A stretch of DNA of 55,884 nucleotides from Tubiluchus corallicola. Taxonomy: Eukaryota; Animalia; Priapulida. A program made the translations under genes and the position numbers. Numbering within the stretch: the stretch's first letter is position 1; the number at the start of each line of letters is the position of its first letter. Shown here one piece after another: positions 19,676-39,910 of the stretch. Under the pieces are notes generated by a model. The model searched no databases and was not told where the DNA came from. It saw nothing but the letters and a program-made list of their open reading frames with translations. The stretch lies in NCBI GenBank assembly GCA_030141605.1, contig JAQGDQ010001199.1, positions 1-55,884 on the forward strand, written 5' to 3'.

Positions 19676-21363
19676 ATGTGTGATCCGTAATGCGTGATCT
19701 GTGATCCATAGTTCGTGATCTGTGATCCGTAATGCGTGATCTGTGATCCGTAATGCGTGAACTGTGATTCGTAATGTGTGATGTGTGATCCGTAATCCGT
19801 GATCCGCAATGTGTGATGTGTGATCCGTAATGCATGATCCGTGATCCGTAATGCATGATGTGTGATCCGTAATGTGTGATCTGTGATCCGTAATGCGTGA
19901 ACTGTGATCTGTAATGTGTGATCCGTAATCTGTGATCCGTAATCCGTGATCCGCAATGTGTGATGTGTGATCCGTAATGCATGATGTGTATTAACTGATT
20001 CCATGTGTCCGTAAACGCTGTGCTTATTAACAAAGCTCACAGCATTCGTTCCGCTATTTTTGATCACTATTCGTGAAAATTGCAAGCAATAATTTTTGGA
20101 GACTGTATCTCCAGAAAATATAAGCGTAATAATTACAGCTGCGGCATTAGCTTATTATTATACAATTAGACGGAAAAGAGGGCACAGGTTTTGGGTGCAC
20201 AACATTTTGCAGGGGAGAGAACAATACGGTACATGTCATCATTTAGTGAAAAAACTGGAATTAGATGCGCAACACATAACTACATGTTTCATATAGAGAA
20301 ATATCATTGTTTATTTGGTCATAAAGTGTCCAAAACTCACCTAACTAGAACTTTCAAAAAGCTAAACAGCGAGAATGGTCACCGGAAACTTGAAAACTCG
20401 CTATAATCACCTAGGCAACAGCTGTTTCCCCGTCTGCATATTGTTGCATGATGCGTATTTGGACGAGCGCGATCACGCTTCGCGGATTGCATTACATTTC
20501 GTCATTTTATAAAACTTAAGGTGTTTCCACAAAGTCTGCATCAAACTCATGCACTTTTACAACTAAGCTTAAAGCACAAGAAAATACTTTACTTACATAA
20601 ATGTTGAAAAAATTATTTTGAAATTTGAAATATCACTTAAATGCTGTCTTATTGCATACAGGACTTGTGTTTGCAGTAACGCTGCATAAATCCTGTAAAT
20701 CTAAACTCACGCGATGACCTCTATGGCACAGCCATTTTAATGGTAGGTCATTTGAAATAAGTTTAGATAATATTGTGTAAAGTTTGAAAAAATAATCACA
20801 GCATTCGTAGTGCACTAACTAAGCAAATGTACAAAAGCTTTATATTGTCAATTTGACAATAATGTGTTTTTCGATGAGTAAGTGACATTTTACCACTCGG
20901 CACAAACTTTTGAAATCATTAAAAAAAATTTCCAATTTCATAAGTTCTTCAAACAGGAAAGCATAATGCTAACTAATATAATTTTGTGTGGAAAGTTCTT
21001 TTTGGGACACACTTTAACATGCATTTCCTTTTCCTGTAATTATCCACTGTGATGAGGATAATTTCCGAATAGTTGTCGTCCTTACTAGCGATCAAAGTTA
21101 AGCATTGCCGAGGTGTAGTCAGTGAATGGTTGGGTGAACACCGTGTTCAACACTCACTCTCGAAAGTTTCATTCGCAGTACTGATCCTGGCTGTTTACCT
21201 CATCGAAGAAGAACATACATACATCTGAATGTGGCTTAATTCCATAGCTGTAGGGTGCTGGTCCCTCCACAATGATCTACAAGTTCCACATCGAGTTCCT
21301 GCTTACAGTTTGCTGAACTGGACAAAAAAACTTTCAAACTTTGCGTTTTTTTCTGGTTTACAG

Positions 21364-26277
<4,914 letters not shown>

Positions 26278-29200
26278 TGCGATTAATCCATTTATCCGTT
26301 AACACGCTTTGTTTCCTAATGCAACACAGCATTTGCAAATGATGTAAATTAATCTGCCGATCGGACGAGCATAATCCGCTGCTGTGCGGCCAGTGCGGCC
26401 ATTTATCGGCTGCATCGTGAGCCGAAACACTCAGGAATTCTGTCAGGATCGTTTGCCATTTGTTTACGAGGTTACCATGACAACGCCCTGATGGCCTGGT
26501 GTATGTTTTATTGTTCAAGCTGTGCTTGTTCCCCTGTCAAGTTTGTTGATTATTGAAGAATCGTTTTATCGTAAATCCATTGCATGTGACATTTTAGTAA
26601 CATTCACAAGGTAGGGACGTAGACAGAGTAACATTTCCTAGTAGCTAGGTGTCGCCAGTCGATGTACATCCATATTAATAATTGTAAATCGGATGTTGAA
26701 GTCACCGTAAGCAATTGCTGGTCATTGTTTGGCCAGTAGTTTGACCGATGGTAGTCAAATACGTGCTTAAAGTTCGGTAAAGTTGCAAGAGTTTCGCTTG
26801 CGACGCGTTCGTGTTGTTAACGTCTTTCTAGACTCGCACTTTGGCATGCGGTTCAGAAAGATTTGCATAAATTATGTCGGAGATTATTGATTATTTATTT
26901 TTAGCTGATGTAACATTGATTGTTGGCTGTCGTTTGAGGGGGAGGGGGTGTTATTTATTAATTCTTGCCGACAGTCTAATGCTAACCGTAAAAGCATTCG
27001 TAAATGTAACTGCTTGATCTAGGTGAGATAGTCACCAAGCAATACTGGTAAGCTATCACTACTTCTGATTACATATTTTGACATTAATACGTCTGGCCTA
27101 CAAGTATTTTGCATTTTGAGCTCTTCGATTGTAATACAGTGTCATAGTTGCATGATTTAAGCATAAACACTTTGCTCAAGGATGCCGTCGGAGTGGGAAA
27201 ACGTTTCCCGAAAAATCAATTCCCAAAGCTCCCATTTTAAATGCCAGTCAGAATAGCATTTTCGTGACGGGAGATTCTCGTCATACAGGCAGTGGAGTGG
27301 TTTGTAAGATCTACAATTGTAATGATTGACGACGCTTTTCATGCTGTCGGATCTTAATGTCTGAGATTGTCAGCAGCGCTGTAGTCATATATGCATGAAC
27401 TAAGATGCATTTGTAAACAGATATTGTAAAATTAAGATAAGAATTAGTTGTGTTAGTGTATTATCTATCCCAAATTCCTGTCTGCACATGGCTGTCTATT
27501 GTGATTGCTAAATATGACTATGCTACAGAGGCGTGGCAAGCTGGGGCAATAGGGGGCAATCGCCTCCAGGCAAGGGTAAGAGGGCACAAAATTCGTCTGG
27601 AGCTCAGTGACTGTTAATTATTAATTACTAATCCCCGACATTAACGAAACAATTAAAACAGGTTTTCAAACCACAACAAAATTACCTAGTTGGAGATCAT
27701 CGTAGCTGACTTAATTACTACAGTAATTACTAGGAAAAAAGGCTAATGTTGTTACTTAAAGGCGTGTGTGGTTTAGCAGAACAATAATTTTGGCAGAAAC
27801 AGTGGCGTTTCTCTAAATGCCGACTGTATTATTGCGAAAACCTGTAAAGTTCTGTATCTTTCATAATATTTGTATGTTTTAATGCTGGAGCTGAATGTTT
27901 AAGGAATATGGTGTTATGAACAAAAGAGTTATTCTGCTGCAGTACCGCAAATCAAACTCAGGGTGATTCTTAGAAAAAATCGTTTCTTCTTTATCCCATT
28001 TTGTCGAAAAACGAAAGTCGGACTCAGGAATGCAAACAACGCGCACAATTCATGGTTTCACCCACAAAACAAATGATAGAAACATTAAAAGTGTAGGGCG
28101 CCAGACGTTTTTTTGCCCCCGGGCACCGCAAACACTTGCTATGCTATCACAGTAACTCTATTGCAAAATCAAATTAGTGTAACATTGCACCGTGCATTTA
28201 GCTTTTGTGAGCTTAACTGCAGCGACCAGATACTACGCTGGACAAGATGGCTTTGCTTTTGCTTTGTCGCTAATTTGTATGAAGCTTTGTAGTCACTAGT
28301 CACTCGTGTCTCGTATAAGCTTAGTCATTTGCTTCACGACTAACGTAAACTTCGTCTTTTGCTTATTTCTGCCTAGAGAATTGCATTTATTTCTGACAAA
28401 TATAAGTTCTGTAACGAGTGCCTACTGGGGTGAGCATCAAACATTCGAGTCTGAATCGAATTCGAGTGTTGGAATTCGATTCGAACTAGTTTTTTTAATT
28501 TGCATTCAATTCGAACCTAAAATCGTGGATTCGAATAATTCACCACTTCAGCTGTACACGTGTTCTTTATCAAAAAGACATTCGAAACGTCATTCGGTCA
28601 GCTCGCAACATCTGCACAATTTTTAAGCAAAATTATTAGTGTTTTTTTTACGTAAGGACAAAATCAAGCAATATGCACGATCTTCGCGAAGCTGCTTTTT
28701 ATTTATGGTTCAAAATTTTTTGGGGATCTTTAGAATTGAATTCGGATTTGAAATCTTGAAATTCCTTTTGATTCAAATTCCAAAGTCAAAAATTTGGTTA
28801 GATTCATTTTCTGATTGCTCACCCCTCCTGAAGACTTTTGAGCTAGTCTGTTAATGCGCAACCCACATTACCACATCGATAAAAATGTGTCTTAAAAGGC
28901 GCAGTTGGGGCTACATAACTCTGTCTTTTTTATTTAAATTAATGAAAAGATTTTTAATGGAAATGATGACGTTTCAAGAAATGCTTGTTCTCTTCAGACC
29001 GCCACTGACGTTCCGAGAACACGTTTGTACTTCTCTTTAGATCACCACTGGTGTTTCGAGAACACGCTTGTTCTCTTCTTCAGGTCACCATTGGAGTTTC
29101 GAGAACACACTTGTTTTACTCTTCAAATCACCTTTAATGTTTCGATAACACGCTTGTTCTCTTCTTTAGATCACCATTGGCGTTTCGAGAACACACTTGT

Positions 29201-32200
29201 TTTACTCTTCAAATCACCTTTAATGTTTCGAGAACACGCTTGTTCTCTTCTTTAGATCACCTTTGGCGTTTCGAGAACACACTTGTTTTACTCTTCAAAT
29301 CACCTTTAATGTTTCGAGAACACGCTTGTTCTCTTCTTTAGATCACCATTGGTGTTTCGAGAACACTCTTGTTCTCTTCTTTAGATCACCATTAGAGTTT
29401 TGAGAACACGCTTATTCTTTTCTTTAGATCACCATTGGCATTTCGAGAACATGCTTGTTCTTTTCTTTAGATCACCATTGATGTTTCGAGAACACGCTTG
29501 TTCTTTTCTTTAGATCACCTTTGGCGTTTCGAGAACACGCTTGTTTTACTCTTCAAATCACCTTTAATGTTTCGAGAAGACATTTGTTCTCTTCTTCATA
29601 TCACCATTAGCATTTCGATAACACGCTTATTCTTTTCTTTAGATCACCATTGGCGTTTCGAGAACACGCTTGTTCTTTTCTTTAGATCACCATTGGCGTT
29701 TCGAGAACACGCTTGTTCTTTTCTTTAGATCACCATTGGCGTTTCGAGAACACGCTTGTTCTTTTCTTTAGATCACCATTAGTGTTTCGAGAACACGCTT
29801 GTTCTTTTCTTTAGATCACCATTGGCGTTTCGTGAACACGCATATTCTTTTCTTTAGATCACCATTGGCATTTCGAGAACACGCTTATTCTTTTCTTTAG
29901 ATCACCATTGATGTTTCGAGAACACGCTTGTTTTACGCTTCAAGTCGCCTTTGATGTCTTGAGAACACGCGTGTTCTCTTCTTCATGTCACCATTGGCGT
30001 TTCGAGAACACGCTTATTCTCCTTTTTAGGATCACTGTGACTTTTTACCTATGGTGATCTGAAGAGGAGAACAATCGTGTTCTCGAAATGCCAATAGTGA
30101 TCTGAAGAGGAGAAGAGATCATGTTCTCAAAACGCCAGTGGTGATCTAAAGAGGAGAACATTCGTATTATCGAAATGTCATCGTTTACAATAAAAAAATT
30201 GTAAATAATATTGTGAGATTTTATGTAAAAATCGGTTGAATTTTTTACCTTTTTATTAATTCCTATCATTTTTGTATTAGTTTTTCATCATTTTCTCATG
30301 GCTGAATTTCAGTTTTTATATCAAATGCTGCGTTATATACTGTAGTAATCTGTTTCAGTACAGGGTGTCCCATGAGGTCATGCCCTGTTTCTATGGATAA
30401 TATTTTTCTCTCCGCCAAAGTATCTAACCAGTCTGCACTTGTTGTAATCATTCCTTTATCATTTTAATAGTGTTGATGAAGCAATTGTATACGAGCTATT
30501 GTCTTTTCGGTAACAATTGTTACAATGTTAGTAGTTTAAATTTAGGCATGTCACTCGAGAATGTTGATTAATTGTAGGCCTTTGTCATGTCTAATAAGTT
30601 CTGCATTAAGGCATGTTTGTTTGGGGGGTGTGCCTCTCCATTCGCTGTACATAATTGTAAAGTAAGATGTTAATCGTATTGCACATCGTTTAAAATGTCA
30701 AAAACAGTGTTGATAAAGCTATTTTGGTGTTTCACGTTTTTTTTTTGCTCTTGTTTTCGTATCTTCTAAGCTAGCACACTGACTGCTACAGTTTAAAATT
30801 AATTAATAATAATAATAATAATAAATTTATTTGGAAGTGTAAATACAAATACGATATCAAGAAACACTGGGAAAAAATAGATATTAATAATAATGATTAT
30901 ATGACAGCGTGCATATAATAAATGGCAAGAACGAGAAGTAGAACTTGTTAGGTGCTTGCACCATTATAAACACGTCCAAATACTGAGAGAAAAAAGAACA
31001 AAAAAACCGAAGATTTCTGGGCAATTTAAAAAAAAGAGTTGTGCAAAGTAAGGATGGATGATAGTGATGGATAAAAGAATGTTCAAAATGGCAAGAAGAG
31101 TTCGCTTGTGGAGATTCGGCTCATGTGATGACGAAGCACTCTGGATTCTACTCAAAAAGAACACAAAGTTGTGACTGTTGTGTCCCACAAGAACAGTAGG
31201 ATCAAGACTAGTTTATATAAGAAGCAAACAGATATCGTTTAACTGACGTTCTAAAGCGGTAAAAGACGGTAAATTTAAACTAGCACACCAGAAACTGTTA
31301 TTATTATTATTATTATTATTTGCACAAGAAGCAAATACATACATTTTATACACGAGTAAAAGTAAACAAAATTTTATAGCTATAAGCAATATGAAGGTTG
31401 TGGCTACCACTGTTTGCCATGGATGACAGCAAGGAACTAAATCCTCAAACGGATCACTGCCTGTCATCCATCCAGTAGTAGACATACGGTCAACCTCGGA
31501 TATAAGGGACACCTCCACACCGGGAAAAATCGTCCCTTATAGCTGAAGTTGAGGAAAAAATTACCCGGAAAATTTCCGATATTTTTACCCATATTTTATG
31601 GATTATTGCTTCACATTCACCTGTACTTTCACCCATATTTTTATGGATTATTGCTTGACATTCACCTGTACTTTTACCCATCTTTTTATGGATTATTGCT
31701 ACACATTCACCTGTACTTTTACCCATATTTTTATGGATTATTGCTACACATTCACCTGTACTTTTACCCATATTCTTATGGATTATTGCTACACATTCAT
31801 CTGTACTTTCACCCATATTTTTATGGATTATTGCTACACATTCATCTGTACTTTCACCCATATTTTTATGGATTATTGCTACACATTCACCTGTACTTTC
31901 ACCCATATTTTTATGGATTATTGCTACACATTCACCTGTACTTTTACCCATATTCTTATGGATTATTGCTACACATTCATCTGTACTTTCACCCATATTT
32001 TTATGGATTATTGCTACACATTCACCTGTACTTTCACCCATATTTTTATGGATTATTGCTACACATTCACCTGTACTTTCACCCATATTTTTATGGATTA
32101 TTGCCACACATTCACCTGTACTTTCACCCATATTTTTATGGATTATTGCTACACATTCACCTGTACTTTTACCCATATTTTTATGGATTATTGCTACACA

Positions 32201-33144
32201 TTCAGTGCAAACGGTACGTAGGAAGCTCCTTCACTGATGCGAGATGTATGTGACCGCGGAAACCAAGCTGTTCGAAGGCCAAGTTTGCGAAAAATTGAGG
32301 TTAAAAATCGATCAATTTCACTTTGATCATAGGCTTTGATCATGATAAATTGCCAAAACGCCTTAGGATCAGTTTGTGACTTATACGCTAGTATATTTAA
32401 ATGCTGTGCAGCTGACTTGTTGATCTTCTCTTTAAGTAAACGACTAAATCTACGAAGTCTAAGCATGTAATTTGGATAGTTAATGCGAGTTGCAAAGTTT
32501 TGGAGATAATTTAGAGAGATTGCTAGAAACCTCTGCTTCACACAAAGAAGCATTAAACATTAACAAATCTGATCATAAATTAGGTCAAAATTTCTGCTAT
32601 CCACGTAACAAATTACAGTTTAAAATTGTTTGTATCAAGAACAGGGCAAACTTTGAACTAGCACACCACAAGCTATTACGGTTGAAATTGTTCGTAACAA
32701 GAACAAGGGGTAACATTTGAACTAGCACACCACAAGCTGTCACAATTGGTATTGTTCGAAACAACAACAGGGCAAAATTTGAACTAACACACCACAAACT
32801 ATTACAGTTGAAATTTTTCGTAACAGGGCAAAATTTGAACTAACACACCACAAGCTGTTGCAGGTTCTGTAACAATAACATGATCTAGCACACCACAAAC
32901 TGATGCAGTTTGAAATTCTTTGTACCAAGAACAGTTTAAAATTCGCTGTGACATCTTAATATTGTTAAGAGTATAATTTGAACTAACGCACCACGATCAA
33001 ATCAAAACGACAAGTAATATTTATTAGCACCATAAAGAAATAATTTATTATTTTTTCACAACAATTTAACATTAAAAATAATATTGTACAAAGTTAATTT
33101 TCAGCACATATTAGAACAGTAATGTCAGTGTTAAATACATTTCT

Positions 33145-34820
33145 TTATTTAGTGTAACCATATCCATGGCCATCTCCACCTCCATAGCCAGCTTCAGCAG
33201 AACCATATCCATAGCCTTCTCCACCTCCATGTGAATAACCCTGATCTCCATGAGAATAACCTCCCGATCCTCCCAAATATCCAGCACTTTCCGCACCGTA
33301 TCCAGTTTGTCCTTCCGAGTAACCAGCGCCACCTCCGGAATATCCGCTTGCTCCTTCGGTGTATCCGGAACCCTCGCGAGAATAACCAGCAGCACCTCTA
33401 GAATATCCACTGCCCTCCTGGGAGTATCCAGCAGCACCTCCAGTGTATGCACCACCCTCTCGGGAATATCCGGTTTCACCTCCAGAATATCCGGCACCTT
33501 CTTGGGCATAACCAGCATCGTGTCCAGAGTATCCGGCACCACCATGGGAATAACCTGCATCCCTTCCAGAATGTTGAGCTCCTGCTGCCGAGATGCGAAC
33601 CGTATGGGTTATTTCTTTCTGAAGGCCATATTTAGCTGCCTGTGCTCCAAAGTTGTGTCCAGATGCAGCACCATAACTTCCCGAGGCACCGGTAGCATGT
33701 CCGGCTGCCGCCGCACCGTAACCTGCTGCACCATAGCCGTGTCCTGCTGCAGTACCATAGCCACCTGCTGAGCCGTGGCCGTATCCTGCTGCTCCGTGAC
33801 CTCCCGCAGAACTGTAGCCAAGTCCCCCTGCTGCTCCGCCGTAGCCTGCAGCAGAACCGTAACCATGTCTTGCTGCTCCACTGTAGCCTCCAGTGGCACC
33901 GTAGCCGAGTCCGTGAGCAGCTCCATAACCACCAGCACCATGTCCGTACCCTCCAGCACCGTAAGCTTGCCTCTGAGCAGCTCCGTAGCCAGCAGCACCA
34001 TAGCCTTGGGCTCCAAGTCCATATCCATGGCCATAACCACCACCATATCCAAGTACACCGTGACCACGGGCCCCAAGTCCATAACCAGCACCGGCAGCAA
34101 GTCCACCACCGTAACCAGCACCAGCAAGTCCACCACCGTAACCACGGGCACCAAGTCCATAACCAGCACCGGCAGCAAGCCCACCACCATAACCAGCACC
34201 AGCAAGTCCACCACCGTAACCAGCACCAGCAAGTCCACCACCGTAACCAGCACCAGCAAGTCCACCACCGTAACCAGCACCAGCAAGTCCACCACCGTAA
34301 CCAGCACCAGCAAGTCCACCACCGTAACCACGGGCACCAAGTCCATAACCAGCACCAGGTCCTCCATATCCAGTTCCAGGATAGCCAGCTCCATAACCAG
34401 CTGGGTGACCAGCTCCATAACCGTATCCTCCTGCACCATAACCAGCTGGGTGACCAGCTCCGTAACCATATCCTCCTGCACCATAACCAGCTGGGTGGCC
34501 AGCTCCGTAACCATATCCTCCTGCACCATAACCACCAAATCCAGGCGGCAAGCCGGGACCGCGTCTAGCTAAAAGTGGCATGGACCATAGTTGCGTCTAA
34601 AACGAAATAATCAGTGATTACTTCTATAACGTAAATTTATGCAAGAAGTTAAATTGGTTAGAGGTTAAAATACTGATGTTTTTGATCAATTTATGTCGCT
34701 GTTGGGTGTCGCCACCTGCTGTTTTAATCTAGAAACATTAGAAGTCACTGATACTAATGATTTTAATGCAGTACTTACAGCAGTTAAGCAAATGACAACC
34801 AGCTTAAGCAACGTCTTCAT
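33145..34820 (-). CDS. GY-A right copy: intact ~497-aa secreted Gly/Tyr/Ala-rich structural protein
   Basis: Coding exons 34820-34779 and 34596-33145. Signal-like MKTLLKLVVICLTATQLWSMPLLA; modules (GAGGYGYGAGHPAGY)x3, (GGGLAGAGY)n, GYGxAAG, linker QKEITHTVRISA, then acidic GYSxxxx heptads. No Cys in the mature chain. Confidence 0.92.
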
Positions 34821-36915
34821 GTTGAACTAGTAAACCCTGCAACAAACACGAGAAATTTATTACAAATGTAACAGCAATAAATCACACAAATCGTAAAAAA
34901 TACCACTATGTACAACAGGACGTACCTGCACCAGATTACAACACCCCAAAACTATTTTCCCAAATTTCTTCTAGCTGGCGTAATGGTTTGATGGTCATTT
35001 CTGGCTTTTATACAGCCATAGAATATACGAAAATGTAATACGGGTAGGAATGCAGTTGCAGATCGAAGTATTAACGCAATATGCAGGGTTTAAATGCTCC
35101 GTTACCCCCTGCGAGCGTAATGTAACAGTCTCGTACAGTTCCCACTCCTTATTGGCTTCTTGAATTTACCGGTAATGCTCATTCAATAGTTTATTTGTTT
35201 GTCCTAAATGACTGTCAGGAGTTTTCTTTCCTTACGCAAATTCAAATTCTCACTAGAGATTTCAAATTTGTTTATTTTATTTATTTATAAATATTTATTT
35301 TATTTCAGACACTTACAGTTCATAGAACAACAGAAATAAGGCACAAGTAAAAAGCACACAGTTAGTTTATATAAGGTTCTTAACTACGACTTAAAAATGT
35401 TCGATCAAGAAACTGTATCAGTATTGTACAGCAAGTTATTGATGACAGTATTCTGCTCCAAAAACAGCCTACTCCTGAAACTAAACGCAGCTTTCGTACG
35501 TAAACAGGAAAATTTTGGCGTATTTTATTTGAAAATTGTACTAATATTGTACAGCAAGTTATTAATAACAGTATTCTGACTCAAAAACAGCCAACTTCTG
35601 TGTTTAGGCTTTCCTACTTATGCATGAAAAACTTGGTACATTGTAGCTAACATACGTTTGACTTGCACTACAGCGACAAGGAATATTAAAGAGTCCTCTA
35701 GTGGCGTTATTATAGGTATTACGCATTCTTTGAATGTTTCTTTTATCGTTATTAAACCAAAGATTATTGCAATAGAACTACATACAAAATGCTGCAAGAA
35801 GTCTTCTCCTAACATCAACAGAACAGTTTTTGGACCTCCTAATATAACAATTGGCTCTCGTACATAATAAACTATTATTTTATCATTTTATTCTAAAACA
35901 GGGGTGTGCAAATTATCTGACTAGCCGGGCCACATGAAACTTTCCCGCAATTCCTGTGGGCCACAGGCAGTTTGATCAAGGAGCCAAGTACAGAAAGGCC
36001 TAATAATGATTTTTTTGCATCCGACCTGCATACATCATTACTACTACACTTAAGAAACTATTTTAGAAGTTATTAAAATTTATACACAAACCATATATTT
36101 CTACTTTCAGGACAGATAGTGGTAATTTCATTACAATGCATATTAGTAATGTGTATCACACAGTCTGTGTAGTACAGTGACATTAAGCTACAACCATCTT
36201 GTAAGGGTTAATGGCATCCGATCTAGTAGAAAAAACTACCCGCACTATCTTTGGGACGTGGCACGGACTTCAGCTGGATACACTCAATTAATCGCCATGG
36301 CCGCATTTTCATTTGGTTGACAAACCTCTTCGCGGGCCGCACAAACTCTCTCGGCGGGCCGCAATTTGCACACCCCTGTTCTAAAACATTTATTTTGCAG
36401 CTGATTTTTTCGCTAATTTTTTTAAATGAAAAGTAAACAAAAGTTTGGACGTCAGACGTGAATAGATAATTTCAAGGTGAGTAATTGCAATAAAGTCTTT
36501 CTTCACAGCATTAGAAATAGCTAAGTCATGCGTGTACGTTTGTCAGTGTTTGAAGAATAAGACACACGCTGAGTGATTATGAAGAATTCGCGTTACACAC
36601 AGCAACTTTGTTTGTGCTGATTAAAATTTTGTCGTTTATTTCGCTACGTAATACGTAACCCAAGCACAACTAACATGAAGTCATTGCTAAAATAAGAGCT
36701 ACAAAATGTCTTTAGATTTTTCATGTTATTGTTCTCCTTCTTCCTTCACTGCCAGTCCCTTTTCTTTTCTCCCTCTCATCCCTTTCTGCCCCCCCTCTCA
36801 CTCTCTCTCCCCCCTCTCTCTCTCTCTCCCCCTCTCTCTCTCCCTCTCTCTCTGTCTCCCCCCTCTCTCTCTCTCCTCGCTCTCTCTCTCCCTCTCTCTC
36901 CCCCCTCTCTCTCTG

Positions 36916-37059
<144 letters not shown>

Positions 37060-37069
37060 TCTCCCCTTG

Positions 37070-37248
37070 NNNNNNNNNNNNNNNNNNNNNNNNNNNNNNN
37101 NNNNNNNNNNNNNNNNNNNNNNNNNNNNNNNNNNNNNNNNNNNNNNNNNNNNNNNNNNNNNNNNNNNNNNNNNNNNNNNNNNNNNNNNNNNNNNNNNNNN
37201 NNNNNNNNNNNNNNNNNNNNNNNNNNNNNNNNNNNNNNNNNNNNNNNN
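37070..37248. other. Assembly gap (179 N) inside a CT microsatellite
   Basis: Run of n. Confidence 1.
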
Positions 37249-37356
<108 letters not shown>

Positions 37357-39838
37357 TCTCTGCATAGGAGTGAACATAATGACAGGAACTCAAATAATAA
37401 TAGGTAGTGACGTGTTGTCACAGTATCAATTAGTAGTATGCATCTTTAGCAAGTCTCGTAGCACCTTTATCTTAGTATTTTTGTAGACAAATATAAATGT
37501 TGAAGTCGTAAATAAATCTTACAGTTTATTAATGTACAAGAATTCTTATAAAACAAACATGAATAAATAAACATTTAACACGAGAGCAAACATAAGTCAT
37601 TAAAACACATTAAAGTCGTAACTCAATTCTCAACAGTAAGTAAGAAATTACAAGTCATATTTTAAAGGAGTAACATATTCTAAAAAAATTAATTAACTTC
37701 TTGCATCCAAAACTAAATGTCTTCGCGTGGGGCTATCGACTAGGCTGAAACTTATCATTTTTTAAAAGTCAAAAGGTTAAGTTCGGAGATCAGATCTCCT
37801 ATGTATCAAAAATCAAAAGGTCGAGTTCGGAGATCAGATCAACCTGTCGCTCCCGCATCGCAAACGGGCGCATGCACAGTTACAGCTGGGTTCATAGCTG
37901 TAGATCATAGCTTACCCTCTATTACCTATTCTGTGGTTCTCCAGTTCACAGCTGGCTGCACGATGCACCTTGTGACTTACAACAGTGAAGGGCTGATCGT
38001 TGAAAGGATAAGCCCTTGCTGAGGCAACATTTGCTTGACTGAAGAAGCAAGGATCTACCCCAACTCTCCCCAACAAACTTAGTCTTACTAAATGTATTTA
38101 TGGGCAATTTACTTCTGCAAAACATCATGAGGCGTCTTAGTTGCGTTGTGTACCTTCTACTAAACAACTTGTGGCGTGTTAGTTGCAACGTGCAAGTTAT
38201 TTGCCGCACTGTTATCTAGTTGCTACGAAAGCCAAATCACGGCTGAGAATTGTGACATCTGTTGGCAAAAATTCGCACTAACATTTGTTTAAAATTATCA
38301 CCTGCAGGACCAGAATTTTATTGTTTTGTCCAGTAAAATTTCACAGGCAATTTCGGATGTGCCCCAGAGCCCAACTGCTTGAAGTGAAAGAATTGGTAAG
38401 AATGGAAGAGCAGTTCTAACGGTTTATTAGCCCGCGGAAATGGAACAAAATCGATTGTTCCATTCCGTAGTCAATCCTTACATCGACTGTCGGAGTTACA
38501 TAAGGCCTCCAAACATCTATTAACCATGATCATAACAAGAAAAATAGCATAAAATCAACTAACTATTTCTTTCGTGAAACTAATATTATACTGATATGTA
38601 ATACAAATGTTGGCCACGCTTGAACTAAGACACTGCAAAGGTCTTATTGAGACACATAAAATACTGACCAGGATGAAAAACATGACTTCATTTTACCTGA
38701 AGATTTCTTTAATAAATTTGTTAATTAAAAAAACTGGATGATATTTTTTAAAACGTTTTAAACAGTAGTCACGTCTCGCCATTTGTAATTATTCACACAG
38801 CGTGAGTATTGTGAATAAAGGAATAGTCTGCCTGCCATGGTGACTGCCACCCCAATCCTAGCAAAATCTAAATCTTTATTTGCAGGTAAAATCGCATAAT
38901 TATGGTAATAATACATATGAAATGTTAGATGTAGAAATTACACAACCTTTTAAACGAAAATTTACAAGAAGCAGAATTAATTTTTGAACCTCAAAACTCC
39001 ACTCCCGAGCCCGATGAAGAACTTGTAACACACCGATTCAGATACTGACTCCATGCCGGAATTAGAGAAAATTGATGATTCATTTGTAAGAGACAATTCG
39101 TTAGGAACATAGACATAGACATAGACATTTTTATTTATCCCCTCATTTACATCTGTATACAAATTGACTATTATTTTTTTTAGTTGTTGATTAAAAAGGA
39201 TAAATTAAGCATAAAGGAAAGAGTTGGGGGGGGGGGGGGGGTGCAGGAGAAAGGGTAGCGAAAGACCAATTGGTCATCGAGTCAGCTACCCTTCTCAGGT
39301 TAGTGAAAATTGAAAAAAAAATTGTGGTGCTGCTGTTAACATGAATTTATGGGGGCATACATTAAACATGAAAGTGAAACAACTAAGTAAGCTATGCAAC
39401 AAAGAAATAAAATGAAAAATATGAAATGATGATTAACAAAATATGTAAAGCATTTAACTAACCGATTAAAACAAAAAACTAGAAAAAAGTCAAACCAAAA
39501 AACATAAATAATAAATCGGTGAAAGAAACAAAACATGTATAATAAACTCAAGCAAAATATAATGAAGCAAAGATATGCAATCGTGTCAAATTAAGCGCAG
39601 TGATAAAATACTATGGAATGCAAGAACTAGTGCAGGAAAATTGAGCAAACAAAATATGTAGTGAAATTTGAGTATGTGACGAAATAGACTATATGGCTCA
39701 AAAAATATAATAAGAACTTAATGATAACTGTGAAACAAGGAGCAAGAACAATGAACAGATGATGATGTTCCTCCGATTTTAAATCGTTCAGTAAAACGTT
39801 CATTAGAGTCAGATACTCCCGTAAAACGCGCTCGGATT

Positions 39839-39910
39839 CAGGGCGTATTTCAGCCTAATCTAGGCCCGGGAAAGTATCCCCACTTCCCCCACCCCCTGAA
39901 ATAGGCCCTG
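39839..39910. mobile_element. 72-bp hAT-type micro-MITE
   Basis: TIRs CAGGGCGTATTTCAG / CAGGGCCTATTTCAG (14/15); perfect 8-bp TSD CTCGGATT (39831-39838 and 39911-39918). Confidence 0.9.
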